DNA of 64,000 nucleotides from Eledone cirrhosa (Eukaryota), in the NCBI GenBank assembly GCA_964016885.1, contig OZ024740.1, positions 175,336,001 through 175,400,000 on the forward strand, given 5' to 3'. The notes below the pieces were generated by a model. It saw only the letters and a list, made by a program, of their open reading frames with translations, ran no database searches and was not told the DNA's origin. Below, piece by piece: positions 11,757-24,783 of this stretch. Position 1 is the first letter of the stretch, and each line of letters opens with the position of its first letter. The position numbers and the translations under genes are program-made.

Positions 11757-14531
11757 GGTGAAATAACAACACAATCGGTAGAGTATATGGAGATGTTTAA
11801 TTGTCTGTGTGCACAATTATATACAAAATGTTACTTCGTAGTGGTGGTAGTGGTGGTGGCGGTTTACTATAGTTGACTAAAGAAAACATCGTTATGTCAG
11901 TAAACATACACTCACACACACACACATACATTCTCACATACACATACAATCTAACATACATTCACATACGTATACTAAGACAGACACATACACATACAAA
12001 ATGTGACGTCTACACTCTCACCTATACTCACACATTTTGTATGTATGTGTAGATGTGTGTGTTTAATTCTCTGAGGCCTAACTTACATAACAAACGCACA
12101 AACACACACACACACTCACAGACACATATACAGTCCGTGGTGGTGGTGGTGGTGGTGGTGGTGGTGGTGGGTTACTATAGTTAACTATAAAAATATCATT
12201 TTAGATAAAATCTTATTTTGTTTAAATCCAAATGAAAATAAAAATTACATGTTGATACTCTCGGGGTCTAATACTATTACCTTCTAAAATTTGATTTGAT
12301 TTGGTCCAGCCGTTAGCGAATGCATAAGAACAGACAGAGAGACAGAGAGACAAAGAATTTTATATAGAGAGAGATATATAAGGTGTGATAATTTGCTTGA
12401 AGTATTGTGGAATATGAAAATGAAAAATGAATATGTATAAAAAGCTGTACAATGCAAGTAGGTTAGAATTATCAAGGTAACAAGTCGGGAGGGAATTGAG
12501 AAAGATGAGGTAGAAAGCATGAGGTAGAATAGGTGAGAGAGGGAAAATAAAAGAAAAGAAAAGAGAATGACAAAATTACCATAGCAATTTATTAGTCCCA
12601 ATTTTTTTGAATATACCATACATTATCAAAAGTGGGTCTGTAGGGGTGGGGGGTGTCGTCACAGAAATCAGAGATTTCTTTCCTGTTAGCTGTTGCTCTG
12701 AAGCACCTCCTACAGACCCCCCTTGATAATTAATGGTAAATCGGAAGAAATTGTATGTACCTGTGTGTGTGCCTGTGTGCGCATGTTTATGCGTGTGTGT
12801 ACCTATGTGTGAGTGTATGTGCATGTTTGTGCGTGTGTGTGGGCCTATGTGTGCTGGTTTGGGCGTGTGTATGTCTCTCTGTGTGTGTGTGTGTGTGTGC
12901 ATGTGTATCTATGTGTGTGTGTGTGCATGTGACTTTAGTTGCAGGCTAGTTAAAAAGTGGTGAATTTCTCTTCTTCGTGTAGCAACACATGTCGAGAGAA
13001 ATGCTTTTCTTATGTATTTAGAAGGGTCTTGTTCAGTTGACGGTGGCGTGTGTATATTTAGATCTTCAAGCGCCATTGTATATAGATCTGTTCTGCTGAC
13101 GACAGCGTGTGTAGAAATAGCTGCCATTCTACCAAGATTCTCTATAGTTTAATCTCTGTTCTTTGTGCAGTTGATCTTCGTTATTTCCTCTTCCATCTTC
13201 ATTCTATGCTTACCTTTCTATTCGGTGTATGTCCCATCCTAACACTCCTTCTTCTCTCTGTTTTTCTTAACCTTACCTTCTCATGTTTTTCTTAACGTGT
13301 TTCATCACCTTCATCTCTTTCTTCTATTTCTTTATCTTCTTCTTTTCTTCAACCATCTTTCTTTAACATCTTTTCTCTTATCATTACTTTCATAATCGAC
13401 GTTTTTCCCCCTCCTTGATTTTGAATTCCACCTCCTTATCCTTAAGCTTATCACATTTATTTCTCTGCATCCTTCTGTCTCAACTCCTCCTCCTCCTCCT
13501 CCTCCTCCTCCTCCTCACCTCACGCCCCCCTCATCCTCCCATCCACCTCCACCACCACCAAGGCCACCACCACAACCACCTCTTCTCCTTCCCCTTGTTG
13601 TTGTTGTTGTTCTCTTCCTCCGCCTTCTTCTTCTTCTTCTTTTTCTCCCCCCCCCCACACCTCCGCTACCATGTTATCTTCCGATTCATCATCCTGTCGC
13701 TATTTACCTACCAGTCAGTGTTAAATGCAGTTTGTTGTTACTATTGTTGCTATTACTATTGTTACTGCTATTGTTCTGAATCTCCAGTAGCTGGACTTTT
13801 GTTTACGTAGCGAATATTTTGATGAAACCTCTTTTAATAATCCTTCGTCAATATTTCGTAATAGGTTTATGTAATTATATAGCTTTTAGAGTTCATAATA
13901 ACAGCAACATATTGTAGATATGTATTATCAAGAAGACATACATACCTAATTAAAAAAAGTATGCAAGAAACACAAGAAAAAGGAAAACAAAGGGGGGTAA
14001 GTAGGTAAGAAAAAAGAACCAAAGAAATGTAAGAAAAGAGAAGGAAAAGAAGGTAAAAAAAAAGGAAGCAATAAGTGGAGGAAAGATGAAGAAAAGAAGG
14101 AAGGGAAAGAAGTTTGGGCAGAAAATGAAAAGGGAAGCCAAAAAACAGAAGAAATATGGAAAGAAAGAAAGAGGAAATCAAAGAAAGAAGGTATGGAAGA
14201 ATATAAGAAAGAAAGAGACAAATAAATAACCAAGTAAAATGAAAAATAGTAAATGAACGAATGAAAGAAAAAAAAAAAGAAAGAGAGAAAAGAAGACGTG
14301 AAAGAAAGAAATATAGACAAAAAGTTAGATACTTTGATGGAGGGATGGGTGGGTATGAGGTTAGAAAGAAAGATAATGAGTCACACCATTGGTAAGATTT
14401 CTGACGAATTATTCTGTTTGTCTGGAATATATTGAATGGGTTTTATGTCATCTTCCTCTTCATTTATGACTTGAAGCTTTGAACTGTCTTTTGATGCAAT
14501 CACCCGCCCGCACAAGCACATAACTACATAT

Positions 14532-14640
<109 letters not shown>

Positions 14641-14674
14641 TGCACGCACACACACATACACAAAAACATATATA

Positions 14675-14745
14675 CAGGGTGTCCCCAAAAATGCATACAC
14701 ACTTTTATTAGAAAGCTGTTGAAGTGTGTTTTCCGAGACAACCTG
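14675..14745. mobile_element. 71-bp Tc1/mariner-type mini-MITE
   Basis: TA-CAGGGTGTC...GACAACCTG-TA; imperfect TIRs and TA target duplication. Confidence 0.6.
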
Positions 14746-14881
14746 TATGTATATATATATATATGTATATATATGTGTATATATATATATATATGTATAT
14801 ATATGTATATATATATATATATGAAACTAATAAACCTTTGTTCGTACTGCCTCTCTGTTTTGTTCCCGTTCCATTTTTCAC

Positions 14882-14954
<73 letters not shown>

Positions 14955-14961
14955 ATATATG

Positions 14962-14994
<33 letters not shown>

Positions 14995-15038
14995 TTATAA
15001 GAAATAAGATTTCGCTTCAAGCATAGCTTTATACAATA

Positions 15039-15963
15039 CTAGCAGTGGTACCCGGCGTTGCACGGGATAAGGTATTTTGGAACGCGGACCGCCAACAGAC
15101 CTAATCGTGGAAAAACTGCATGCCTGGACAATATGTAAAGAAGATAAACCGAAAACTCTGATGGCTGGATAATCTTTAAGATTTTCCTCGATGAAGCAGG
15201 AAAAATGCAGGTTTTCACCTAATGCGGGGATCAAGAAAATAATTTTTTTTTATGTGCATAATATGCCTTGAAATTTCAGGAAAATCGGCTAGACGTAACG
15301 CCTCCAAAAAGCCCTAAGAAGCTGAAAAAATGAAGCTTTTCACCTAATGCGGGCCCTAGGGCATAAGAAAGTTGGATTTTCTTTGTTTACGGTATGAAGA
15401 AGAGACTGACTAATACATAGTTAGAATTTCAAGGAAATCGGTCTGACGTGACGCCTCAAAAATCCCCTAAAAATGTAAAAAAACGCAGTTTCTCACGTAA
15501 TGCGGGCCCTAGGAGATTAAAAAAAAGTTGAATTCTTTATGTGCGTAACACTCCCTGAAACATAAGTAATACGCATGTAAAGTTTGAAAAAAATCGGTTG
15601 GATACTTCTCGAGTTTTAGGGATTCAAACTCACAGAGACACACACACACACAGACAGACATCCTCAGGGAGGTGACGTAATGCAGACAGCCAGACATACA
15701 GACAGATATTATAAGGGCGCGACGTTCTATGTATGTATCTATCTAAAAAGAGAAAGACTAAGAATTATAGAGCGAGATCGTTATATCGCCTAATGCGGTC
15801 GCTAGGGCATTAAAACTTTGAAATTGTTTGTGCTCAGAACACTCCCTGAAACATAAGTATTACATGTGTAGAATTTGAAAACAGTCGGTTGGGTGGTTCT
15901 CAAGTTTTAGGGATTCGAACTCACACACACACAGACAGACATTCTCAGTTTTATATATATAGA
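15039..15963 (-). mobile_element. Non-autonomous Helitron, family A, with duplicated 5' module
   Basis: Reverse complement of 4409-5041 over 15039-15667, plus a second 5' module 15830-15963 ending in TC; A|T target. Confidence 0.9.
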
Positions 15964-16073
15964 TGTATAGAAATATTGTATTTCGAAAGAAATACGGTTT
16001 TAGGAAGCCATAGCTTTCCAAACACCGGGGGGCTAACGCCCTCTGGTGATGTCCAGCAGAAGAAAGGGAGACA

Positions 16074-16117
16074 ACCGTCTATGCATTTCAGGCTTAACTG
16101 GCCTTCGTCAGGATGAT
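16074..16117 (-). ncRNA. Minimal type I hammerhead ribozyme (family R)
   Basis: ATCATC CTGACGA AGGC cagttaa GCCT GAAA TGCA TA GACGGT. Confidence 0.8.
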
Positions 16118-16286
16118 CCCTCCCATCGCTTGCGACTGCTGGACTAGAAGACAACCGAGAATAAATAGTTTTCTCGTCTGTGTAAATGAGGTGATTAATC
16201 TCATTTGCATATGAAGCTGCATAAGTTGGCTCAACTTATAATAGAAAAGAAATAAGATTTCGCTTCAAGCATAGCTTTATACAATA

Positions 16287-17388
16287 TTAGCAGAATAGCC
16301 CGGCGTTGCTCGGGATTTGCTCTCGGGTTCTTATATATTTGATATATATTTATCTTTATCGAGCCTCGTGAAATAAATACGTTTGTTTATATTTTGTTAT
16401 TGTGTATGCAAAAATATCTGTACACGAATATATAATTATATATAACAGGACAGAGAAGTACGAAATACCTCGGCCTCGGGATGGTGTCTACATTTTGTGC
16501 TTATAAAATTAGTATCAATAAACTTTCCTGGATATACTCTTATCCCAATCCTCTACATACTTCTGATTGTCACTTTTCATTTTTTTCGCGTGATACGCGA
16601 AGGAACCAACCAACAAACATCTCTCTTTTATATCTCTTTTATTTGTTCATTCAAAATATTTTTCAGCTAATTCTGTCGTACAATATACATCAGCAATCGT
16701 TATCTAATGTTTAAAACATATGAATAGCTGCGATATATGCACCATATCAATTAAAAACGATATGAGAATTGAATACCATACTAAAGCGCCAGTAAGCTTG
16801 CTAAGAACCTGCAGATAGAAATGTTAATAAATACAACATTTGGCTTGGGTAAACTTTAAGATGTTCTTTCATTGTAGGTTTCTTTTCTCAGCCAGTACGT
16901 TAAAGAAAATTGATAGTTACAACAATAAATGTTGAACAGAGAACACATTATTTAACAAACTTTGCAATAATTTGTACAACCATAATGGAAATTCCAAGTA
17001 ACAGAAAATACATAAATTACATTGTTAGAGCCTCAGAGTATACAATATTTTTTGTTCGGCCCTCGGGAGCAAAGAGAAAGAGTTTGTTTGGCGAGCTCAC
17101 TCTAGAGCATCCTACATACAATTGACCATGGCTTTCCCAGATGAAGGCCAGCCACTTTTAAGGTTTGACACTGACCTTTGTTGATGGTAATCGCGAAGCT
17201 TAGTCTCTCTGTTGTTCTAGTAACATTTTTTTTCCTGAAAAATCTGATCTTGCGGCCAGGCTAGGACTTTTTGGGTGGCCTATCGGCAGTAACAATGATG
17301 ATAAGCCGTCTGTGCTTTCGTGAAATAAATACGTTTGTTTATATTTTGTTTTTGTGTATGCAAAACTTTCTGTACACGAATATATAAT

Positions 17389-17450
<62 letters not shown>

Positions 17451-17827
17451 TAACAGATTAAAGTATAAGCAAAGAATCGGTGCTTTCAACCTTAACGGGA
17501 TATGCTGAAACTAAAAAAATCAATGTGTGAACGCAGAAGTAAATATTTCAAAAAACGTTGCAACCGAAAGAAAACAGGAAGATGATACTTTGGTTCGTGA
17601 AGACGTTAGGAATGTGGTATAACCGGAAGTGTTGACATTTGAAAATTTGAAAGAAGTTAATATTTAAATAATGTCTTTAATCTTTTAACAAAATTCAGTA
17701 GACAAAAATACCCTCACTTACATACTTGGAAAAAGTTACGTCTATGGTGCAAATTTGATGCCATTTGGTCCAGTCGGTTGGCGGAAAGTTTGTTACTTAC
17801 ATACGGCCGTCAGCTTTATAGTATAGA
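16287..17827 (-). mobile_element. Non-autonomous Helitron, family B, with PLE-derived interior
   Basis: 5' A|TCTATACTATAAAGCTG, 3' hairpin CCCGAGCAACGCCGGG, CTAA|T (CTRR) end. Confidence 0.75.
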
Positions 17828-17950
17828 TGTATAGAAATTTCGTATTTCGAAAGAAATACGGTTTTAGGAAGCCGTAGCTATGCACACACCGATCAGGGGG
17901 GGGGGGGGACTGACACCCTCTGGTGATGTCCAGCACAAGCAAGGGGGACG

Positions 17951-17994
17951 ACCGTCTATGCATTTCAGGCTTAACTGGCCTTCGTCAGGACCGT
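17951..17994 (-). ncRNA. Minimal type I hammerhead ribozyme (family R)
   Basis: GTC CTGACGA AGGC..GCCT GAAA TGCA TA GAC. Confidence 0.75.
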
Positions 17995-18272
17995 CCCTCC
18001 CATCACTAGCGACTACTGGACTAGAAGACAGCCGAGAATATATAGTTTTCTCGTCTGTGTAAATGAGGTGATTAATCTCATTTGCATATGAAGCTGCATA
18101 AGTTGGCTCAACTTATAATAGAAAAGAAATAAGATTTCGCTTCAAGCATAGCTTTATACCACGTGTATAGAAATTTCGTATTTCGAAAGAAGTACGGTTT
18201 TAGGAAGCCGTAGCTATGCAAACACCGGGGGGCTGACGCCCTCTGGTGATGTCCAGCAGAAGCAAGGGGGAA

Positions 18273-18316
18273 ACCGTCTATGCATTTCAGGCTTAACTGG
18301 TCTTCGTCAGGACGAT
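18273..18316 (-). ncRNA. Minimal type I hammerhead ribozyme (family R), one stem II mismatch
   Basis: ATCGTC CTGACGA AGAC..GCCT GAAA TGCA TA GACGGT; inversion junction directly 5' of stem I. Confidence 0.75.
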
Positions 18317-18481
18317 TGTATAAAGCTATGCTTGAAGCGAAAATTTATTTCTTTTCTATTATAAGTTGAGCCAACTTATGCAGCTTCATATGCAAATGAG
18401 ATTAATCACCTCATTTACACAGACGAGAAAACTATATATTCTCGGCTGTCTTCTAGTCCGGCAGTCGCAAGCGGTGGGAGG

Positions 18482-18527
18482 GATCGTCCTGACGAAGGCC
18501 AGTTAAGCCTGAAATGCATAGACGGTC
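18482..18527 (+). ncRNA. Minimal type I hammerhead ribozyme (family R), intact
   Basis: GATCGTC CTGACGA AGGC cagttaa GCCT GAAA TGCA TA GACGGTC; palindromic stem III ATGCAT. Confidence 0.88.
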
Positions 18528-18645
18528 GTCCCCCTTGCTTCTGCTGAACATCACCAGAGGGTATTAGCTCCCCGGTGTTTGCATAGCTACGGCTTCCTAA
18601 AACCGTATTTCGAAAGAAATACGAAATTTCTATACATATTGTATA

Positions 18646-18656
18646 TATATATATAT

Positions 18657-18704
<48 letters not shown>

Positions 18705-18706
18705 TA

Positions 18707-18754
<48 letters not shown>

Positions 18755-18850
18755 AATATATATATATATATAATATATAATATATATATATAATATATGA
18801 TATATATATATATAAATTATATATATATAATATATATATATATATAATAT

Positions 18851-18883
<33 letters not shown>

Positions 18884-18990
18884 TATAGATATATATATAT
18901 ATTATAGATATATATATATTATAGATATATATATAATATAGATATAGATATATTATAGATATATACATATATATATTATAGATATATATA

Positions 18991-19021
<31 letters not shown>

Positions 19022-19526
19022 ATATTATATTATATATATATATATATATATATTATATATTATATATATAAATTATATCTACATATATTATATATTATAT
19101 ATATATATATGATGTATATATATATTATATATTATTTATATATTATATATTATATTTATATATTATATATATATTATATATTATATATATATTATATATT
19201 ATATTTATATATTATATATATATTATATATATATTATATATTATATTTATATATTATATATATATTTATATATTATATATATATTATATATTATATTTAT
19301 ATATTATATATATATTATATATTATATATATATATGATGTATATATATATTATATATTATATTTATATATTATATATATATTATATATTATATATATATA
19401 TATGATGTATATATATATTATATATTATATATATATATATTATATATATATTATATATTATATATTATACATATGTATATTATATATATATATTATATAT
19501 ATTATATATGATATATATATATTATA

Positions 19527-19585
<59 letters not shown>

Positions 19586-19602
19586 ATTATATATATTATA
19601 TA

Positions 19603-19647
<45 letters not shown>

Positions 19648-19983
19648 TATATATATTATATATATATTATATATATTATATATTATATATATTATATATT
19701 ATATATATTATATATATATATATTATATATATATATATATTATATATCTTATATATATATTATATATATATATATTATATATATATATATTATATATATA
19801 TATATATTATATATATATTATATATATATATATATATTATATATATATATTATATATATATCGTACATATATTTTATATATATATTATATATATATATTA
19901 TATACATATATTATATATATTATATATATATCGTACATATATTTTATATATATATTATATATATATATTATATACATATATTA

Positions 19984-20074
<91 letters not shown>
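18646..20074. repeat. ~1.4-kb imperfect (TA)n array
   Basis: TA repeats with recurrent TATTA/TAATA interruptions. Confidence 0.95.
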
Positions 20075-20078
<4 letters not shown>

Positions 20079-20222
20079 CCAAAGATTAATATGGTTCATT
20101 GATTACTCAATGAATACAGATTTACAAGAGATTAAAAGCACTCAACAAAAGAATTTTCCTGGAGTTTTCAATATTATTCATAATATTAACAAATGAAGAT
20201 ATTCGCATAATCAAAATATATG

Positions 20223-20284
20223 CTTTATCATATATATTTCGAAGGTACTGTGTTGTTTTTTCAGTACGTCCTCGTCAGATAAAA
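20223..20284 (-). ncRNA. Type I hammerhead with G at the cleavage position (probably inactive), in a PLE-type remnant (20075-20349)
   Basis: TTTTAT CTGACGA GGACGTACTG..CAGTACCTTC GAAA TATATA TG ATAAAG. Confidence 0.7.
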
Positions 20285-20385
20285 TATATGATTTGATATA
20301 CGACATACCTCTACGGTCTTGATATTTCAATTCCAGTATTGGCAGTCCATATATATATTATATATATATATATATATATACATAA

Positions 20386-20513
<128 letters not shown>

Positions 20514-20660
20514 TATATATATATATACAATTGTAACAGAATAAATTGAGTTCAGATGCATCACTGACTTTTCGTTTTCTATTCTATCATACTCTGCACT
20601 GTAAGAGCATAAAGTTCTCAACCAGCAGGCATACCGCCTATGGAAGCATCTTAGCTACCA

Positions 20661-21632
<972 letters not shown>

Positions 21633-21634
21633 AA

Positions 21635-21825
21635 GGGCGGTGGATGGCAGTATCGGTAGAGGGTCCGACGCCATGCTTTGCAGCAATGAGTTACGGCCCT
21701 TCCCATTCTGAGTTCAAATCCCCCCGAAGTTTAACTTTGCCTTTCATCCTTCCGGGGTCGATAAAATAAAGTACCAGTAATACACTGGAATAATTGCTGG
21801 CCTTGTGCCAAAAGTAAAAACAATT
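21635..21825 (+). mobile_element. tRNA-derived SINE (MetaSINE-like)
   Basis: Same family as 7735-7922. Confidence 0.85.
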
Positions 21826-21855
21826 ATATATAATTTATATGTACATATTATATAT

Positions 21856-21888
<33 letters not shown>

Positions 21889-21955
21889 TACACATAGATA
21901 TTAAATATTATATATAAATAAAGTACCAGTAATGCACTGGGTAATTGCTATATTG

Positions 21956-21991
<36 letters not shown>

Positions 21992-22024
21992 AAGAAATGA
22001 AAAGATGGTTAAAAAAGTTCCATA

Positions 22025-22095
22025 TATTTTATTATGCGCATTTCACAAACAAATATCATCCTGGGACGATAATTGCGTTTTCATCAGATAAAATA
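22025..22095 (-). ncRNA. Type I hammerhead ribozyme with extended stem II
   Basis: TATTTTAT CTGATGA A..TATCGTCC CA GGATGATA..T GAAA TGCGCA TA ATAAAATA. Confidence 0.8.
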
Positions 22096-23169
22096 AGGTA
22101 ACATGATATGATGCCTAAAAAAACACTTGTGAACAAGAAAGTGTCCAAACAACATATGATAAAAAAATATAATAGGAGAGAGAAGATTGGAAAAAAGAAG
22201 AAGAGAGTAAAGGAAAAAGGAGAAAATAACGGAGGAAAAATTTAAGAAGGAAGGAGGAGAGAGAAAGGGAAAGGAGAGAGACTTTTAATTGGGAAAAGCT
22301 GTCAAAACTGAAAAACATCTGTGAATAACGGCTAAAAAATATATACGGTTACGAAATAAATAAATAAATAAATTGATGAGGTTTATGTGCTTAAATTACA
22401 GATATAGAAACTAGGTATATTATTTATTTAGGGTTTATATACTAAAAAAATTGATTAAGAGGTGTGAAAATGTATTATTAAAATAAAATAAAGTAAAATA
22501 AAATTAAATTAAATGATTTATAAGCGTAGAAGACAATATAATGTCATAGTTTGTTTAAATAGAGTGTAATTGAAAAATGTGAGAAAAATGTGTGAAGAGA
22601 TATTTATGTGAAAAAAAAAATATATATGTAAATAAGAGTAGTCAAACCATGTCAAAAATAAAAAATAAAAAATTTACTATTAAAAATTATAGATTATATA
22701 TAAAAAAATTATATATGTGGGAAAACTATTTAAATATTTAAATATTATTTTAAATAAAGGAAAATGTTATAATTATTTAAACGGAGAAAAATGCGTAGAA
22801 AAAGCGAAGAAAAAAACGAAGAAAAAAACATAAAACGTGATAATTTGTTTACAAAATCTACGAAGGTTTATTCTGATATGATGAAGGAGGAAAAATGAGC
22901 GACTTAAAAATAGTGAAAAAAAGAATATAAAGAAACATTAAATATGAACTATTTAAATATTATTTTGTACCACCAAGCAGATAAAGGAATTTGCTAGAGT
23001 GATTAAAAGACTAGAAGACCATATAACGTCATAGTATGTTTAAAACTTTGTAGAATGTACTGAAATATGCGAGAAAAAAAGTGTGTAAAAAGATATTTGT
23101 GTAAAAAAAATATATATGTGTAAAAAAAAAAAAAATTTAACCTTTATTCGTGGAATAAGATATAGGGTA

Positions 23170-23475
23170 TTAGATGTATACTTTGTGAAATGACCTAAAT
23201 GATTTATGGATGCAGAGAGCAAATAAATCGGTGCATCTATTTATTATAGAGTTGAAATTCGAGATAATGGTAACTTTTTCAGCTAGACATAAATTACAAG
23301 CCCTAGATATGGAAGCATTAGAATATGGAGAAGCATTGCATATTCTAATTTTTTAAGAAATTTTGTAATTAATGTTTTTGTCTTTTAAGGACTCGGTGAG
23401 TTCAGAGAGTGCAGTGTTTGTCCTTTTAAGTGGATATTTAAATGAAGAAGAATGGTTATATAGTCTTGCCTTAAA
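23170..23475 (-). pseudogene. PLE GIY-YIG endonuclease C-terminal remnant
   Basis: Manual translation FKARLYNHSSSFKY...TALS...LKDKNINYKIS*KI...CNLCLAEK...INR...CIH; one stop. Confidence 0.8.
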
Positions 23476-23610
23476 ATCAGTGCGAGCGATAACTAAATTA
23501 AGTTATCGGGACAGAGGAAAGTGAACAAACAACATGGTAGTAGCGCAACGTAAAGAGAGGAAAAGAAAAACAAGTCAATGAATCTTGTGGGCTTAAGTCC
23601 GACAAATCTT
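23472..23610. mobile_element. Family W fragments
   Basis: Match 27270-27332 and 26858-26893. Confidence 0.65.
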
Positions 23611-24025
23611 TTAATTTCTTCTTATATATACTCCAGTTCTATCAACTGTTGAGTGCTACTTATCGGATATATGCATAGTTTTATTGTTCTACAATTAAAC
23701 GCACCTCCTACATATATTATATATATAATATATATATATAATATATATATATATATAATAAACGGAAAAAATGAAACGAAATTTCATTTCCCACTTTTAG
23801 TACGGTTGTTACTTAAATATAAGTATGTATACGTACCTACATATATGTATACAGACGTACAGTAGTATGTATATATATATACATACATGCACACACATAT
23901 ATATGTACGTATGGATTAACCAAACATTTATTATAATGCTCGGTGTGTTTGTAAACAAACATCACGTATTAAGCCGTAGTGTCTAGCAACCACCGTTGCT
24001 CGTTTGTTCAACACTGACAAAGGAA

Positions 24026-24066
24026 CGCTGTACTAGTTTCAAGCTTGTTAGTTATCGTCAGCAACG
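24026..24066 (-). ncRNA. Minimal type I hammerhead ribozyme (family T)
   Basis: Reverse complement of 24448-24488 with one stem II change. Confidence 0.7.
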
Positions 24067-24447
24067 TATACCTTCCTGCCAGATAGTTGAAAGTCCGAAA
24101 GTATATACTTTCCTTATGCATATTAACGGCATACAAACACCGAGCATTATAATAAATGTTTGGTGAATCCATACGTACATATATATATATGTGTGCATGT
24201 ATGTATATATATATAGATACTACTGTACGTCTGTATACATATATGTATGTACGTATACATACTTATATTTAAGTAACAGCCGTACAAAGAGTGGGAAATG
24301 AAATTTCGTTTCATTTTTTTCCGTTTACCGTTTTCGGTGCACTCGGCCGATTAACTGACTCGATATGCAAATTGGGCTACTCAGCCGTTAATATGCTTAA
24401 GGAAAGTATATACTTTCGGACGTTCAACTATCTGGCAGGAAGGTATA

Positions 24448-24488
24448 CGTTGCTGACGATAGCTAACAAGCTTGAAACTAGTACAGCG
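24448..24488 (+). ncRNA. Minimal type I hammerhead ribozyme (family T)
   Basis: CGTTG CTGACGA TAGCT aaca AGCTT GAAA CTAG TA CAGCG; palindromic stem III ACTAGT, GUA site. Confidence 0.8.
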
Positions 24489-24783
24489 TTCCTTTGTCAG
24501 TGTTGGAAAACGAGCAACGGTGGTTGCTAGACACTACGGCTTAATACGGGATGTTTGTTTACAAACACACCGAGCATTATAATAAATGTTTGGTGAATCC
24601 ATACGTACATATATATATGTGTGCATGTATGTATATATATATACATACTACTGTACGTCTGTATACATATATGTATGTACGTATACATACTTATATATAT
24701 ATAATATATAATATATATATATATATAAAATTTTGCCTTCAATCCTCAGAATGAAAAAAAATATCTCTCTATATATATATTTT

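Larger units (their letters stand above)
14997..18645 (-). mobile_element. Tandem array of a ~325-bp non-coding hammerhead unit (retrozyme-like, family R) with 5' inversion, interrupted by two Helitrons
   Basis: Units 14997-15038 (partial), 15964-16286, 17828-18163, 18164-18316 (partial), inverted 18315-18645; both ends run into (TA)n. Confidence 0.85.
21990..23475 (-). mobile_element. 5'-truncated Penelope-like element PLE-5 (GIY-YIG end, long AT-rich 3' UTR, hammerhead)
   Basis: Coding remnant at 23170-23475 and hammerhead at 22025-22095 on the same strand; 3' end in (TA)n. Confidence 0.8.
23760..24692 (+). mobile_element. Retrozyme-like family T: ~430-bp tandem non-coding unit with 5' inversion
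   Basis: Inverted segment 23760-24130; direct repeat 24132-24267 / 24563-24692; one hammerhead per unit; (TA)n flanks. Confidence 0.8.

Noticed and set aside
14381-14520. Exon-like peptide [21 protein letters not shown]... on the minus strand
   Set aside because: No convincing splice acceptor, no recognised homology, no partner exons.
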